In this document: positions 34,468 to 45,647 of the stretch, piece after piece
Position numbering within the stretch: position 1 is the first letter of the stretch
Layout: the number at the start of each line of letters is the position of its first letter
NCBI GenBank assembly: GCA_903832205.1
Contig: CAILAH010000038.1
Span: forward strand, 4,456 to 68,455
Length of the DNA: 64,000 bases
DNA from: an uncultured Candidatus Micrarchaeota archaeon
GTDB taxonomy: Archaea > Micrarchaeota > Micrarchaeia > CAILAH01
Direction: 5' to 3'
Notes under the pieces: model-generated
What the model saw: only the letters and a program-made list of their open reading frames with translations
The model's database searches: none
Told to the model about the DNA's origin: nothing
Program-made: the position numbers and the translations under genes

Positions 34468-36051
34468 ATGGATTCCGGCAAGGACGGCAAGAACAAGCGG
34501 CAGGAAGCGATTGACAGGGTTATTGATGAGGTTGTGAAATCAGAGAAGGCCGATGTTGAGAAATACAAGAGGCAATACAGCAAGGAATACGGGTTGGCTA
34601 TCTTCATCAGGAATTCAGAGCTTGTTGGCAGGGCAAGGGAGCGCAATCTCGAGCAGCTCATCCCGTTTTTGCGCAAGAGGCCCATGAGAAGCATTAGCGG
34701 CATTGTGAATCTTGCCATAATGACTGTGAGCGACTGCCCGCACGGCAGGTGCACCTACTGCCCCAAGGGTGATGGGACGCCGAATTCATATACGGGGTTT
34801 GAGCCCGCGACAATGCGCGGCATCCAGAACAAGTATAATGCCTACGACCAGATAATTTCGCGCGTAACACAGCTCACTGAGATTGGGCACCCTACCGATA
34901 AGTGCGAGGTGATTGTGCAGGGCGGCACGTTCCCCGCGCAGGAGCTTTCCTATCAGCAGCAGTTCATTCTCGACATGTACAACGCACTAAACGGAATTAA
35001 ATCAGCAACAATCCAGGAAGCCATAACAAAAAACGAGAGCGCCCCGCACAGGTGCATCGGATTGACAATTGAGACAAGGCCCGACTGGTGCTTTGAGAAG
35101 CATGTTGACGGAATGCTCGCGTTTGGAGCAACGCGTGTTGAGATTGGCGTACAGACGCTTAAGCGCGATGTTCTTGAAAAGACAAAAAGGGGGCATACGC
35201 TTGAGGACGTATGGAAATCAACACAGATAGCGAGGGATTCGCTGCTCAAGGTATGCTATCACATGATGCCCGGGCTCTATGCATCGCCGAAAGAGGACGT
35301 GGACATGTTCAGGCAGCTTTTTGAGGATGCGCACTATAAGCCGGACATGCTTAAGATCTATCCGTTCCTCGTGATGAAAGGCACGGAGATTTACAAGGAA
35401 TGGGAGGACGGGAAAATCAAGCCCTACACAAGCGAGGAAGCTGCCGATGTAATCGCGGATGCCTACAGGCACATCCCCTATTACGCCAGGGTTATGCGCG
35501 TCCAAAGGGATATTCCGGCATACCTTATTGATGACGGCGTAAAGAAGAGCAACCTGCGCGAGGCAGTTGAGATACGGCTTAGGAAAAACAAGATGCCGAT
35601 TGAAGAGATGCGCTACAGGGAAGTGGGCCATAACGTGTTGAAGGGCAAAGCGAAAATGGAGGACTTAAATCCCGAACTGCTGGTGCGCAAGTATGATGCG
35701 TCCGAAGGCGAGGAATATTTCATCAGCTTTGAGGATAAGAAAACCAATCTGCTTTTTGGATTCCTGCGCCTGCGCAATCCGGCACATCCGCATCGCAAGG
35801 AGATAACCAGTAAATCCGCAGGCATAAGGGAGCTTCATGTTTACGGCGAGCAATTGCCCCTCAGCAAGCGCAGCGACACCTCACCGCAGCATACTGGTCT
35901 CGGTAAAAGCCTGATGGACGAGGCGGAGAGGATTGCAAAAGAGGAATTCGACTCCAACAAGATCCTTGTAATTAGCGGAGTTGGTGTGAGGAATTACTAC
36001 AGAAAACTGGGATACGAATTGGACGGGCCATATATGTCAAAATTAATCTAA
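34468..36051 (+). CDS. elp3: tRNA U34 carboxymethyltransferase Elp3 (radical SAM + KAT)
   Basis: CPHGRCTYCP, QGGTF, ETRPDW, KIYP, RVQRDIP, RELHVYG, QHTGLG, ISGVGVRNYY. Confidence 0.97.
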   Translation: MDSGKDGKNKRQEAIDRVIDEVVKSEKADVEKYKRQYSKEYGLAIFIRNSELVGRARERNLEQLIPFLRKRPMRSISGIVNLAIMTVSDCPHGRCTYCPKGDGTPNSYTGFEPATMRGIQNKYNAYDQIISRVTQLTEIGHPTDKCEVIVQGGTFPAQELSYQQQFILDMYNALNGIKSATIQEAITKNESAPHRCIGLTIETRPDWCFEKHVDGMLAFGATRVEIGVQTLKRDVLEKTKRGHTLEDVWKSTQIARDSLLKVCYHMMPGLYASPKEDVDMFRQLFEDAHYKPDMLKIYPFLVMKGTEIYKEWEDGKIKPYTSEEAADVIADAYRHIPYYARVMRVQRDIPAYLIDDGVKKSNLREAVEIRLRKNKMPIEEMRYREVGHNVLKGKAKMEDLNPELLVRKYDASEGEEYFISFEDKKTNLLFGFLRLRNPAHPHRKEITSKSAGIRELHVYGEQLPLSKRSDTSPQHTGLGKSLMDEAERIAKEEFDSNKILVISGVGVRNYYRKLGYELDGPYMSKLI

Positions 36052-37742
36052 TGGCCCAATCGATGTTTTTTTGCTTGTAAACATTCAATAGCAGCTGTTT
36101 TAAGCCCCACAACCTTTTCACATGTTATTAGTATTTTGTTAATTGCCGCTATGAGCCCCTCAACGTCCTGATTGACATCATGCCTAAAGGATATTCTAAT
36201 ATCGAGACTAACTGGCATTCCAATAGATTCATTGTATTCCCAAGTGTCCCTAAGTTCAGGTGGAACTGATAGGCCTAATGAGTTATCAAACATGTCGTAC
36301 GCCCTCGCAATCTCGTCACACCAGTCCAAATTCTTAATGTCCGTTACATGATATTCCGTCTTATTAAATCTTATAAAAAAATTCTTTGGCAATGGCGAGG
36401 GCAGCGCCAAATATCCTGAAAGGTAACGATTCGGATTAAGCAATAACTTTTGAAAATACAATTTTACATTATCTGTTGTGCTAATAGGTTTTATGTAAAA
36501 TTCAATACCGTTATTCAATCTGATCGCAGCCTTACTGCACGCATCAAGTGACCGGCGATTCCTTTTTTCAATATGTGTGAGTATGGGTTCCATAACTCCA
36601 TTAATTATTCTATTTCTCATTTCAAGCAGCACTTCATTCCTTCTATCAATTGATATTGATTCGAGGTCCTCAAGTGCCTTGTAAAGTGAATACAACTCAG
36701 GCAATGATACTCTATATTTCGGTTTCCAAATTCTATGTGAATTATTTGGTGCAAGGGCAGTTTTGTTGCTGAATTCACCTAATATCTGTGGGTGTGATGT
36801 TAATGGAAGAAATTTTTGTGTAGTGCCCAAGACCTCATCACTTACATATGATATCCCTATGGTTGGCTCTGCGCCAAGTGTCTTAGATGAAGACATAATG
36901 CATATGTCTCCAAGTAATGGCGCATCAAAATCAATTGAGCTAAAGGTATGTGAACAGTCAACAAGCTTTATTCTAGTGCTATCATACCCTATTTTAGCAC
37001 CTAATGCATCCTCATTTATTTCTCCAGTAGTCCGATGACAGTGTTCATAAACATCAATAAATGCAGCATTTTTTGCTTCAGCTTTGCCGATTGATATTAT
37101 TGGTTCTCCAGTAGTTTTCTCCAATGGAAAGTCTGCAGTGGAGTATATAAATATCAGCGCCATATCGGACAAACGAATGCCTCCGAAAATGCGACGATCC
37201 TTTTCATTAATGGAAGACAAATTTTTTGGATTTATGCGAGTGAGTACAATACTATTACGTTTACACATTTGAGCAATGCTATTTCCAATAAGCAATGCTG
37301 ATTCACATGAATTTATTCCATAATTTTGCCGTGTGAGATTTTTGTCTCTATGTTTTCCTTTAATCAAATCCTGCCAAAAATCAATATCACTTAAAGTGGG
37401 GTATAAATCATTGCCTTGATGGGTGATTATGAGCCCGTTTTTTTTATTTTTCTCAAGCAGTGCAAGAATGTGCGGAAACGCCGCGGCCGTGGCAGATGAG
37501 GAGAGCGAGACGTTTTTCGGGTCACAATGAATCCTTTTTGCAATCTTTTCGCGGACTGCCTCGGACATCTCAATTACAAGTCTCGCAAGTTTCCTGTGCC
37601 TGCCGTCGCGCTCAAACCTCATTATCTCTTCGTTCATCAGCTTTGCGCATTTGTGGTACCTATCGGTTGCACGTACGCCAGCTGCCCAGTCAAAATACAT
37701 ATTCTCTCTTATGGCATACTTGCCATCGCCTTTCATCATCAA
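36048..37742 (-). CDS. Divergent PLP-dependent class V aminotransferase-like protein, AT-rich
   Basis: YFDWAA, SLSSSATAA, LVDCSH...DICIMSSSKTLG...GISYV resemble class V motifs. Confidence 0.6.
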   Translation of the reverse strand: MMMKGDGKYAIRENMYFDWAAGVRATDRYHKCAKLMNEEIMRFERDGRHRKLARLVIEMSEAVREKIAKRIHCDPKNVSLSSSATAAAFPHILALLEKNKKNGLIITHQGNDLYPTLSDIDFWQDLIKGKHRDKNLTRQNYGINSCESALLIGNSIAQMCKRNSIVLTRINPKNLSSINEKDRRIFGGIRLSDMALIFIYSTADFPLEKTTGEPIISIGKAEAKNAAFIDVYEHCHRTTGEINEDALGAKIGYDSTRIKLVDCSHTFSSIDFDAPLLGDICIMSSSKTLGAEPTIGISYVSDEVLGTTQKFLPLTSHPQILGEFSNKTALAPNNSHRIWKPKYRVSLPELYSLYKALEDLESISIDRRNEVLLEMRNRIINGVMEPILTHIEKRNRRSLDACSKAAIRLNNGIEFYIKPISTTDNVKLYFQKLLLNPNRYLSGYLALPSPLPKNFFIRFNKTEYHVTDIKNLDWCDEIARAYDMFDNSLGLSVPPELRDTWEYNESIGMPVSLDIRISFRHDVNQDVEGLIAAINKILITCEKVVGLKTAAIECLQAKKHRLGH

Positions 37743-37798
37743 TGCAATTGGCGAAATTCCAGTTTTTAAACGTTATGAAAAGGGAATAAACGAAAAAA

Positions 37799-39709
37799 TC
37801 AGAGCATCTTAAGTAGCGCCTTCTTTTTTGCGGAATCGTGGAGCGCATACTCGAGCACTTCCTTGAACGTCTTAACGGGAAGTATGTGCACTTTCTTGAG
37901 CATCTCCTTGCTGAGCACCACATCGTCCTTGTTGCTGTAGGGTATGATGACCGTGCCCATGCCGGTCTCGATTGCCGCCTCGACCTTTGAGCTCACCCCG
38001 CCGACGGGAAGAACCTCCCCGCGCACGCTCAATGAGCCGGTCATTGCGATGTCCTGCCTGATTGGTATATCCTCAAGCGCGGAGAACACCGCGGTGGCAA
38101 TGCTTATGCTCGCGCTGTCGCCCTCCACGCCCTCATATGTCTGGAGGAACTGTATGTGAATGTCCTTGTTCGCCACATCGGAGCCGAGATGCTTCTTGAT
38201 GATTGCCGAGACGTTCTCAACCGCCTCCTTTGCAATCTCACCGAGCTTTCCTGTCGCTATTATGCGGTTCTCCTGCTTTGAGCTGGCAGGCGTAATCTGC
38301 GCCTCAATGGGCAGCACAATGCCTGCGCTGCCGTCGCCAATCACCGCAAGCCCGTTGACCTTTCCCACCGCAACGCCCTTGTTCGCAAACACATCGTAAT
38401 CCTTTTTGAAATCGATTATCTTTGATGCAAGCTGCTGCTCAAGCGGCGCTGCGAGAAGCCTTGCCTCCTGTATGTGCCTGGCCTCGACCAGCTTTGCCTT
38501 CTGCTCAACGGCAATATCACCGGCAGCGCGGATGAGCCCGCCCAGGTCGCGCATCTTCAATGTGAGCTTGCCCTTCCTGCCGGCCATCCTCTTTGCCGAT
38601 ATGATTATTTCCTCGACCGCATCATTTGTGAAATGCGGTATCTTGCCGTCCTTCACAACTTCCTGCGCTATGAACTGCACGAACTTTTTCCTGTTCTCCG
38701 GGGTGTCATCAATGGTGTCCTCCATGTACACCTCGTATCCGTACCCCTTTATCCTTGAGCGGAGCGCGGGATGCATCTTGGAAACATCCTGCAGGTTGCC
38801 CGCTGCAACAAGCAAAAAGTCACAGGGGACCGGGTCGGTGCGCACGAGCGCGCCCGAGCTTGTTTCGCTCTGTCCCGTAATCGGGAATTTCTTGTTTTGC
38901 ATTGCGGAGAGCAGGTCCTGCTGCGATTTTCCGCCGAGCAGCGCCATCTCATCGATGAACAAAACGCCCTTATTGGCCCTGTGTATCGCGCCAGCCTCCA
39001 CGCGAAGGTGCGCTGGAGTGCCGAGGCCGCCGCTCTGCAGCGGGTCGTGCTTCACGTCGCCGAACAGCGCGCCTGCCTTTGAGCCGGTCGCCTCATTGAA
39101 CGGCGCAGTCTCCCTTAGGCTGTTGTCAACGATAAGCTTGGGCTCAGCAGATGCGAACATGGGGCCCATGCGCTTGCTAATCTGCGATACGAAAAGCCAC
39201 GCTGCTATTATGATGAATGCGCCGAGCGTACCTGCCGCAATGAGATTGGTCGAGCCCGGGGCCGCATACTGGTAAACTAACCCGGCAACCACGGATATTG
39301 CTAATATTATGGCGAATATCTTGAGGAGCGAGAACGTGCCGCCTTCGGGCACCATCCCCATTTTCCTCTGCTCATCGATAATGCGCCTTCCCTTCCCAGG
39401 CATCTTTTTCTTAAGCTCCTCTTTTGAATCGTAAGTCCTTACTACCCTTACCTTTGGGTTGTTCTCATCGATCTTGTTCGGGTAGATGAGCACGTCCTCC
39501 AAATCCTCGGCGGGCATAATCTCGCACATCGCCTGCGCGAGCATGCTCTTGCCCGTGCCCGGAAGGCCCACAAGCAGCACGTGCCTCTTCTGGCGCCCGG
39601 CTTTCTTGATAATCTCAACGGCCTTGTCCTGCCCTATGACCTGCTCTATGAGCTTCTTGGGGACCTCAATCTCACTGGTATCTTTTTCCGTGTATTTCAA
39701 TGGGCTCAC
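37799..39709 (-). CDS. lonB: Membrane-anchored ATP-dependent protease LonB
   Basis: [16 protein letters not shown] insertion, [29 protein letters not shown]. Confidence 0.96.
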   Translation of the reverse strand: MSPLKYTEKDTSEIEVPKKLIEQVIGQDKAVEIIKKAGRQKRHVLLVGLPGTGKSMLAQAMCEIMPAEDLEDVLIYPNKIDENNPKVRVVRTYDSKEELKKKMPGKGRRIIDEQRKMGMVPEGGTFSLLKIFAIILAISVVAGLVYQYAAPGSTNLIAAGTLGAFIIIAAWLFVSQISKRMGPMFASAEPKLIVDNSLRETAPFNEATGSKAGALFGDVKHDPLQSGGLGTPAHLRVEAGAIHRANKGVLFIDEMALLGGKSQQDLLSAMQNKKFPITGQSETSSGALVRTDPVPCDFLLVAAGNLQDVSKMHPALRSRIKGYGYEVYMEDTIDDTPENRKKFVQFIAQEVVKDGKIPHFTNDAVEEIIISAKRMAGRKGKLTLKMRDLGGLIRAAGDIAVEQKAKLVEARHIQEARLLAAPLEQQLASKIIDFKKDYDVFANKGVAVGKVNGLAVIGDGSAGIVLPIEAQITPASSKQENRIIATGKLGEIAKEAVENVSAIIKKHLGSDVANKDIHIQFLQTYEGVEGDSASISIATAVFSALEDIPIRQDIAMTGSLSVRGEVLPVGGVSSKVEAAIETGMGTVIIPYSNKDDVVLSKEMLKKVHILPVKTFKEVLEYALHDSAKKKALLKML

Positions 39710-39801
39710 CGCGAGTCAATTCAAGAACCGATTGTTTTTATATTCCAGCAGTGGGGAACCGCGTAATAGGTTTAAAAACTTTACGATTATTGTTTATGCA
39801 T

Positions 39802-40770
39802 ATGCCCAAGAAAAGCAAGGCTCCAAAAAAGAGCGTAGAAAAGGCGCAGCCTAAACTAAAAAGCCCGCAGGGATCGGTCGTATGCCCCAACTGCGGAAGC
39901 AGGCGTGTCGTGAGAGATTACGAGCGCGCTGAACAGGTTTGTGCTGACTGCGGCCTCGTTCTTGCGGAGTATCTTATTGATATGGGTGCCGAGTGGAGGG
40001 CCTACGACTCAACTGAGCTGAAGAGCAAGGCGCGCGGTGGCGCACCGCTCAAGTACATAAGGCCTGACAAGGGGCTTACTACCGAGATTGACCTCTACAA
40101 CAGGGACATCCGCGGGCTTAAAATATCCGGCAAGAAGGTGGCGCAAATATCACGAATGAGAAAATGGCACAAGAGGTCTGCCGTATCGACCTCCATCGAA
40201 AGGAACCTTATGATCGCGCTCAACGAGCTTGACAGGATTGCGTCCTATCTGGCCCTTTCCAAAGATGTGAGGGAGGACGCGGCACTGCTCTACAGGCAGG
40301 TGGCCGTGAAAGGCCTCGTCCGCGGCAGGCTCATCGAGAACGTGGTAAGCGCGGTGCTCTATGCGACCTGCAGGAAGCACCAGATACCCAGGACGCTTGA
40401 CGAGATTGCGCAGGTGTCCGGCGTTGACAGGAAGGAAATCGGCAGGACGTTCCGGTTCATCCTGCACGAGATGGACATCAAGATACCGCTCGGCGGCCCG
40501 GAGCAGCTCATCCCGCGTGTCGCAACAAGGCTGAAGCTGGGCGACAAGACGGTCGGGAAAATCAATGAGCTGTTCGAAAAGGCGATGAAAAAGGATCTGG
40601 TGATGGGACGGGGCCCCCAGGGAATTGTTGCGGCAATAGTCTACATATCATGCGAATTGTCAGGCGAAAAGAGGACGCAGAAGGACATTGCCGAAGCGCT
40701 CGGTGTTACCGAAGTCACGATCAGGAACAGGTACAAGGAAATCGCAAAGGAACTCAACGTGGACGTTTAA
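39802..40770 (+). CDS. tfb: Transcription initiation factor IIB
   Basis: CPNCGS..CADCGLV zinc ribbon, GAEWRAY, PRTLDEIA, RTQKDIA..VTEVTIRNRYKE. Confidence 0.96.
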   Translation: MPKKSKAPKKSVEKAQPKLKSPQGSVVCPNCGSRRVVRDYERAEQVCADCGLVLAEYLIDMGAEWRAYDSTELKSKARGGAPLKYIRPDKGLTTEIDLYNRDIRGLKISGKKVAQISRMRKWHKRSAVSTSIERNLMIALNELDRIASYLALSKDVREDAALLYRQVAVKGLVRGRLIENVVSAVLYATCRKHQIPRTLDEIAQVSGVDRKEIGRTFRFILHEMDIKIPLGGPEQLIPRVATRLKLGDKTVGKINELFEKAMKKDLVMGRGPQGIVAAIVYISCELSGEKRTQKDIAEALGVTEVTIRNRYKEIAKELNVDV

Positions 40771-40848
40771 GCACAAAGTCTTGCTAATTCTCTATTCAAT
40801 CCCATTCATCCTCAGTTATCTTTTTCGCGAATTCTTTTCGTTCCTACT

Positions 40849-41916
40849 CTACTCTTCAAGTATCTCTTTCACGCTTGCGTTTGTCCTGATTATCCAGTTC
40901 TTGTAGGAAGTTGAGACTGCCTTGAATCCCATGCTGTGCAGCCTGTCAAGCGCGTCAATTGTTTTTGGAATGGTCTTGCCCTTGAATAATGTGTGCAGCT
41001 CAAAACAGAACCCGTCAAAATTCTCGTCCTTGAGCGTGTTCAGCAGCTTGAGCTCCTCTTTCATATTTTTGTACTGCCTCTTCTCAATTTCTGCAATCAT
41101 TTTTTCTAAAAATTCAGAATCCTGCAGCAGGCCGGACCAGAATGGCCCTGTAACAATCATCCTGCTTGTGCACAGTTCGCAAGTGCTCCCATCGCCCGGC
41201 TTGATGTATTTCCTATGCTTGCATTTCTCGCAGTATGCCATGAACTTTATTTCCGCCAGGCTCTTGTCGCACAGCACGGCGCTCTTGGTTACAGCGAAGA
41301 ATACCTTCAGGTAATGCCTGTGCGATATGGATAGTATGGGCGTCACCGCAAGGTTCTTCTCAGCAAAAATGGATTGTATCCGTGCAATGAGTATTCTCAA
41401 TGCGCTCTCGTGCACAATCTCATTATGGAATGGGACGGAGCCGTACATCCTTTTGCACGCCTTCGCCTCAGCACCGCACAGCACTGCCGTATCGGTTGCA
41501 GTCACGGAAAAATGCCCCGATTTTCTCCAGGAGAATGACTCCGCAAGCGATGCGAAATAGGGCGCGGGAGTGCCGAACGGGTCAATCTCCACAAAATCAT
41601 ATTTCTTTTCCATGAGCACCCTGCGGATGTCATCGTTGATTACTGTGATGCCTTTCGCATTGTTCAGCCCAATGTTACTTTCAATGATTGCGCAGGCGCG
41701 CTTGCTCAAATCAACCGCATCAACGCTCTCAACGCAATCATTCTCCAGTATTGCCCTGAGCGCCTTTATTCCAGTTGCTGAATGGCCGTCGCAAAATTCC
41801 TTTACGCCCAGTACGCCTACCGCGGCGCTGAGCAAATCCCTGTTGAGTTCCATCTTTGGATTGTAGAATACGCCATCAGCACTTGCGATGCGCACGCTTC
41901 CTTCTGTAATCATCAT
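40849..41916 (-). CDS. trm1: tRNA (guanine26-N2)-dimethyltransferase Trm1
   Basis: VFYNPKMELNRD, SATGIKALR, IDPFGTP, VTATDTAVLCG, GPFWSG. Confidence 0.93.
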   Translation of the reverse strand: MMITEGSVRIASADGVFYNPKMELNRDLLSAAVGVLGVKEFCDGHSATGIKALRAILENDCVESVDAVDLSKRACAIIESNIGLNNAKGITVINDDIRRVLMEKKYDFVEIDPFGTPAPYFASLAESFSWRKSGHFSVTATDTAVLCGAEAKACKRMYGSVPFHNEIVHESALRILIARIQSIFAEKNLAVTPILSISHRHYLKVFFAVTKSAVLCDKSLAEIKFMAYCEKCKHRKYIKPGDGSTCELCTSRMIVTGPFWSGLLQDSEFLEKMIAEIEKRQYKNMKEELKLLNTLKDENFDGFCFELHTLFKGKTIPKTIDALDRLHSMGFKAVSTSYKNWIIRTNASVKEILEE

Positions 41917-41977
41917 TTTGAGTTCAGATGGCACAAAGTTTAAAAGATAGTTTACGCAATTAAATACGGTTATCTTA

Positions 41978-43894
41978 ATGGCTGGCAAGGGCACCGAACC
42001 TGATGAAGAAGAATCGGAATTCAAGTCGCTCGAGTTGTTTCCGGAAGGTGGGCGCAAGCCCGGCATTATGCCTAAGAAAAAGCCAAAGGAAGAAGTAAGG
42101 CCTGAAAAAATTGTTGCTAAAAAAGCCCGTAAAGAATATCCTGAGAAAGAGCGTGTTCTTGTTTTGCCGCAACCATCCCGTGAAGGGGAAATCGAATTCA
42201 ATCCCGCTTCCGTGCCAGCCTCATCGAGCAAGAGGTATTACGATGTGTGGTTTTACGTGGACCGCACCACACCTGAGGACTGGAAGAATTTTTTCAAGAA
42301 GCTCTCGGATTTTCACACGTATGTTACGCTGTACATTACCATTAAGGGCCGCGAGGTCCATTATATTATAGAAAGCAACCGGTTCCTTGAGAATGGGAAT
42401 GCGGTTTTCCATCCCTTTAGGGTGAAGCAGACCGATGCGCCCTCAATCCCGCATGCGGGTTTTCCCGGCGTGCGCATCCTGAACCACAAGGAAGTCTTTG
42501 AGTTCGAATCGCAGGAGAACGTGAGAAAGAACCGAGCCGCAAGATTAATTGTTGTGCGTGCTTTGGTCAAGTCCCCCCTGGACCGCAATGTTGCATGGGG
42601 AAAGGTTGTCTATTCAAACGGGCAGTCCGATGCCCTGTTTATTAGTGATGTGCACAAGTTTCTGTCTTTTGACATGCACAAGATGCTTGACAAGCAGTTC
42701 GAGAAGGTAAAGACTGAGCTCAGGCACTCAGACATACGCTTCCCAACCCAGCAAAAAAGCGGCGTGTTCTTCAGGAAGGAGGACATCGAGTTCGGAATTG
42801 AGGATTTCGATTTTTACAGGCACGGGCTGCTCGTGGGCCAGACAGGCTCGGGAAAGAGCAAGCTTCTCGAGCTTTACCTGCGCGGCCTCATTAATTGCGG
42901 CTACACAAAAGAGTACTCCGTGATTTTTCTTGATCCACATTTCAACATCTACAACAGCAATAAGTATGCGGGAAGCAAGCAGGTTGATTTCAGGAAAGAG
43001 GCAGTCGAGCTTTTCGCAAACGTGGGTGAGCCGCCCGCAGCGACCGAACTCACGCAGATACTATTCTCCTCATTCCTAGACCTGGATAATAATCCGCAGA
43101 TGTCACGGCTGCTTAAGCATTCATTATTCCTGCTGTTCTCCATACGGAAGATGAGCTTTGAGAATCTGAACCTTCTCTTGACAGACACGATGGCGCGCAA
43201 GGAATTCCTGAAGCATTGCGACAACCCGGTTATCAAGAAATTCTTTGATACGGAATTCCTCGAGTTCCAGACACAGAAGTACGAATCTACGATACTGCCC
43301 ATCGTCAATCTCATTAACGAGTACTCGCTTCTCAGCGCCAGCATAAATGAGGCGGACCAGCACAGGCTCGTGAGCCTCATCAACAAGCACAATGTAATTT
43401 TCCTTTCCCCGAACCCGTCGGAGCTCGGGAGGAACATGGTCAAGCTTATAGGCGGTGCGCTGGTGCAGCAGATATTCATGCTCATGCAGAGCGGCATGGT
43501 AAAGAAGAAGGTGATACTCGTGATTGACGAGTTCTCGCTTGTCCAAAACCCGGCCTTTGCGCAGATACTTGCAGAGGCGAGAAAGTTCGGGCTTACGATT
43601 ATCATGTCCCAGCAGTATCTGGGCCAGGTGGACCTGGAGCTTCTCCAGTCTATGCAGGCCAATGTCTCGAACCTTTTTTGCTTCAAGCTGAACCGCGCAG
43701 ATGCGGAAGTGGTCAAGCGCATGATGACGCTTGAGATAAGCGCGGTCTTTGAGAGCGGCAAGCAGTTTGCCGAGATTGAGGAGAAGAAGATTGAGCTCCT
43801 TACGGAGAGCAATCCCCGCGAGTGCATATTCCGCGTGGTGCAGGATGGCAATTACATGCGGCCCATGAAGGCCGGCACGGTGGATATCGATTAG
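41978..43894 (+). CDS. FtsK/HerA-superfamily ATPase (DUF87 / VirD4-TraD-like)
   Basis: RHGLLVGQTGSGKS, FLDPH, LVIDEF, LAEARKFGL...QQYLGQ, DAE. Confidence 0.85.
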   Translation: MAGKGTEPDEEESEFKSLELFPEGGRKPGIMPKKKPKEEVRPEKIVAKKARKEYPEKERVLVLPQPSREGEIEFNPASVPASSSKRYYDVWFYVDRTTPEDWKNFFKKLSDFHTYVTLYITIKGREVHYIIESNRFLENGNAVFHPFRVKQTDAPSIPHAGFPGVRILNHKEVFEFESQENVRKNRAARLIVVRALVKSPLDRNVAWGKVVYSNGQSDALFISDVHKFLSFDMHKMLDKQFEKVKTELRHSDIRFPTQQKSGVFFRKEDIEFGIEDFDFYRHGLLVGQTGSGKSKLLELYLRGLINCGYTKEYSVIFLDPHFNIYNSNKYAGSKQVDFRKEAVELFANVGEPPAATELTQILFSSFLDLDNNPQMSRLLKHSLFLLFSIRKMSFENLNLLLTDTMARKEFLKHCDNPVIKKFFDTEFLEFQTQKYESTILPIVNLINEYSLLSASINEADQHRLVSLINKHNVIFLSPNPSELGRNMVKLIGGALVQQIFMLMQSGMVKKKVILVIDEFSLVQNPAFAQILAEARKFGLTIIMSQQYLGQVDLELLQSMQANVSNLFCFKLNRADAEVVKRMMTLEISAVFESGKQFAEIEEKKIELLTESNPRECIFRVVQDGNYMRPMKAGTVDID

Positions 43895-43897
43895 GGT

Positions 43898-44620
43898 GTG
43901 ATGCTTATGGATGAGAATGAGACTTTCAGGGCGGTGTGCAAGGAGATATTCGGCCAGGATATTGGCCTCTCCCTAGAGGAGGGAGAAAAGGTGTTTGCAC
44001 AGGGGATACTCCTTCCTCCAAAGAGAAAAACCATTAGCGGTGAGACCGTTTACACCAATTATGATGCTGGTAAGTACGTGGATTTCAAGAATATCGAGAT
44101 GTCCATAAGGGAGGACACGCTTATGCGGAAGACCGCTGAGATAAAATCCCTGGAAGACCTGGAGCGCTTCTACCGCCAGGTTGATACGTTCCTTGCCAAC
44201 AAGACTATCAATAGCAAAGACTGCAGGATGTCGGACAGCGTGCTGGGAAGCATGAACGTTTATCACTCGCTGCAGGTGCGCTCATGCAAGTTCGTTGGAT
44301 TCTCACAGGAGCTTCAGGGATGCGAATATACCTACGGCTCGAAGTCAATGGCCGATTCCTCATTCTGCATCCGCTGCCAGGACAGCAAGCTGGTCAACAA
44401 CTGCTTTGAGGTCAGCTGGAGCGGGAAATGCTCGAACTGCCTATACTGCCACGACTGCTTTGATTTGAGAGACTGCATGTTCTGCTTTCATATTGTGTCA
44501 AAGCAGTACTGCATTGCTAACAGGCAGTACACGAAAGAGGAGTATTTCAGGATAAAAAAGAAGGTCGTGGCGCACCTTCTCAAGAACAAGTTCAAGATGA
44601 ATTTCTTCCCAGTGCTTTAA
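43898..44620 (+). CDS. Cys-rich beta-helix-like hypothetical protein
   Basis: Regular Cys spacing ending CMFCFHIVSKQYCIANRQYTKEEY. Confidence 0.8.
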   Translation: MMLMDENETFRAVCKEIFGQDIGLSLEEGEKVFAQGILLPPKRKTISGETVYTNYDAGKYVDFKNIEMSIREDTLMRKTAEIKSLEDLERFYRQVDTFLANKTINSKDCRMSDSVLGSMNVYHSLQVRSCKFVGFSQELQGCEYTYGSKSMADSSFCIRCQDSKLVNNCFEVSWSGKCSNCLYCHDCFDLRDCMFCFHIVSKQYCIANRQYTKEEYFRIKKKVVAHLLKNKFKMNFFPVL

Positions 44621-44708
44621 TGCCAATGCATACGCGGCTTTTCGTTCATTACACTAACGGTAACGCGCCTCTTTTAAGAATATAATGGTATGCTGCGATA
44701 CATAATCA

Positions 44709-45635
44709 ATGCAGTTTAAGGACGTGGCGCGAGTGGAGATAGCCGACGGTAGAACCATATGCCTAGATTTCAATGGGGACCTGTCATACATCTCGCACGC
44801 ACACTCCGACCACGTGGTGGGAAAGAAGAGAAATGAGGTTGTGGCTTCCGACCCGACAATCCATCTCTCAGGCATCTCGTACAATTCAAAACTGGTGCAC
44901 GACCATCTCAAGCTGCATCCCGCGGGGCACATGCTCGGGGCAACACAGGTTGAGATAAAGAGAGATGGCGGCAATTTCGTTTACACGGGAGACTTCAGCC
45001 TTGCGGACGGGTTCACCTACAAAGGTGCTAATATAGTAGAGGCGGATGAGCTGCTCATTGAATCCACCTATGGCTCGCCAGATTATCATTTCCCCAAGAA
45101 AGACGACCTGGCGCAAATCCTGAAGAAGGAGGTGCAGAGCAGGCTCCAGTACGGGAATCTCATATTCGCAGTTTATGCAACGGGCAAATCCCAGGAGCTC
45201 ATAAAAATACTGAACGAGCACTGCGGCATCACGCCGGTTGTGAGCCCCGATGTCGCAAAGGTGAGCGAGATTTACACGAAGCACGGGCAGAATCTCTCAT
45301 TCATCAATTCGCATTCCGATGAGGCAACTGAAGCGTTCAAGGGCAATTTCGTCGGCATAATACCGAAATCGCAGTTCAGGCCCGAGCTGAGGATGAGATT
45401 GACGCAGCATTACCACAGGCCCTGCTATTTCGGCTCATTGAGCGGGTGGAACGCGAAATTCCCGAGCGATGTGTACGACATCGCGCTGCCAATGAGCGAC
45501 CATGCGGACTTCAACGACCTGGTGGAGTATGTTGACCACAGCGACCCGAAGAAGGTATACGTGTTCGGCGCGTTCGCCGAGGGCCTCTCAAACGTTTTAA
45601 AGTTGCGCGGATATCAATCTTACGCAGTTGGATAA
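44709..45635 (+). CDS. Metallo-beta-lactamase/beta-CASP-like nuclease
   Basis: SHAHSDH, AGHMLG, YTGDF, IESTYG, GKSQE, SDHAD. Confidence 0.9.
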   Translation: MQFKDVARVEIADGRTICLDFNGDLSYISHAHSDHVVGKKRNEVVASDPTIHLSGISYNSKLVHDHLKLHPAGHMLGATQVEIKRDGGNFVYTGDFSLADGFTYKGANIVEADELLIESTYGSPDYHFPKKDDLAQILKKEVQSRLQYGNLIFAVYATGKSQELIKILNEHCGITPVVSPDVAKVSEIYTKHGQNLSFINSHSDEATEAFKGNFVGIIPKSQFRPELRMRLTQHYHRPCYFGSLSGWNAKFPSDVYDIALPMSDHADFNDLVEYVDHSDPKKVYVFGAFAEGLSNVLKLRGYQSYAVG

Positions 45636-45647
45636 TGGTGTAAAAAT

